Assembly (NCBI GenBank): GCA_047635695.1
Contig: JBLILN010000001.1
Span: 46,559 to 110,558 of the forward strand
Reading direction: 5' to 3'
Source of the DNA: Alphaproteobacteria bacterium
GTDB taxonomy: Bacteria > Pseudomonadota > Alphaproteobacteria > UBA2136
DNA: 64,000 nt
In this document: in pieces, positions 63,376 through 64,000 of the stretch
How positions within the stretch are numbered: position 1 is the stretch's first letter
Layout of the letters: each line of letters opens with the position of its first letter
Notes under the pieces: model-generated
Told to the model about the DNA's origin: nothing
The model's database searches: none
The model's input: only the letters and a program-made list of their open reading frames with translations
Program-made: the position numbers and the translations under genes

Positions 63376-63401
63376 ATTGTTTGTTTAGAAAATAAAGCAG
63401 T

Positions 63402-63788
63402 TTACCTATAAGCCGGGTCATGTACTCAAATAACATTACATTATAAGGCGATTATCATTCATCTAGGCGTTACATTACTATAACGCTCAAGCGACCTACC
63501 CGTTCCTTCTCACACGAGAAATGCTTATTCAAGCGAACTTGAAGCGAGGAACCTATTTGGTCTTGCACCGGATGGGGTTTACCATACCCAAAGTTGTTAC
63601 CAACTTGGTGGTGCGCTCTTACCGCACCGTTTCACCTTTACACGGGCCAAAGCCCATGAAGTCTATTCTCTGCTGCACTTTCCGTTAGCTTGCGCTACCT
63701 GGACGTTATCCAGCATCCTTCTCTATGGTGCCCGGACTTTCCTCTCGTTTGTAAACAAACCAGCGATAATCCAGTAAACTGCCAAGGC
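63402..63788 (-). ncRNA. rnpB: RNase P RNA (bacterial type A)
   Basis: The minus strand contains GAGGAAAGUCCGGGC (P4), GGUAAGAGCGCACC, GGUAAACCCCAUCCGGUGCAAGACCAAAUAGG, GGGUAGGUCGCUUGAGCG and GCCUAGAUGAAUGAUAAUCGCC. The ends pair as P1 (GCAGUUUAC / GUAAACUGC). Confidence 0.8.
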
Positions 63789-63910
63789 CACTTATACCGA
63801 ATAAAACAATAATTTACTATTAAAACTTGAAATTCATTTGTATAGCCCCCACAATATTACTAATAAATACTTTTTCTTTTTACACAGGGTTCCCCTGTAA
63901 ACGAGGTCTC

Positions 63911-64000
63911 ATGACTGATTCAAGAAAGTTGTCTTTAAACGATTTAAACCACGACGTTAATATTATCCTTATGTACGATATGGCTAAAATGGAAGAAGCT
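63911..64000 (+). CDS. hypothetical protein, 5' part only (runs off window)
   Basis: ATG 63911 gives MTDSRKLSLNDLNHDVNIILMYDMAKMEEA... and is open to the window end. Confidence 0.3.
   Translation, partial: MTDSRKLSLNDLNHDVNIILMYDMAKMEEA

Noticed and set aside
63143-63436. 97-aa minus-strand ORF
   Set aside because: It overlaps the amidase gene antisense and the 3' end of rnpB.

Overview
This window reads as a chromosomal segment of a low-GC (about 40%) alphaproteobacterium. The alphaproteobacterial assignment rests on an F1-only atpHAGDC operon, a petABC bc1 operon, a GapR/DUF2312 gene and sigma-54 flagellar promoters; all assignments rest on recalled family signatures read by eye, with no database search.

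**Gene content, left to right**
- Housekeeping block: arsC-like (partial), ybaB, a GNAT acetyltransferase, dnaX, ftsY, rlmH, rsfS, nadD, hemH, atpHAGDC, a gapR-like gene, nadE and petABC.
- A flagellar/chemotaxis region of about 20 kb, in this order: flgK-flgL-csrA-fliW; a small membrane protein, flgI, a rod-binding protein and a FlgN-like protein; cheW; fliI-fliJ; cheR; a FliK-like protein; flhG and flhF; flhA.
- A catabolic cluster for branched-chain or aromatic substrates and propionate: two acyl-CoA dehydrogenases, a fused indolepyruvate:ferredoxin oxidoreductase, an HI0933 flavoprotein, a thiolase, a third acyl-CoA dehydrogenase and prpB-prpC-prpD.
- Finally tRNA-Met(CAU), fumC, an AmpD-like amidase and an RNase P RNA (rnpB) that the ORF track cannot show.

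**Most notable observations**
1. A family of small paralogous proteins sharing a FxFxN...[ST]G.W[FLW]W[KR][KE] signature. Three copies sit inside the flagellar cluster (P1 to P3), P3 overlaps a fourth unknown gene (P4) by 4 nt, and the P2-P3-P4 run is headed by a perfect palindrome. A possibly related tandem pair lies upstream of dnaX.
2. A second, unrelated tandem pair of paralogous small genes next to a methyltransferase islet, between nadE and petC.
3. A Firmicute-style flgK-flgL-csrA-fliW arrangement (FliW/CsrA partner-switch) in an alphaproteobacterium.
4. Three clean sigma-54 (-24/-12) promoters in front of flagellar transcription units.
5. nadD, whose conserved N-terminus has no ATG, GTG or TTG start but follows a perfect Shine-Dalgarno plus ATC.

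No CRISPR array, transposase, integrase or phage genes were seen. Many gene ends carry clear rho-independent terminators.
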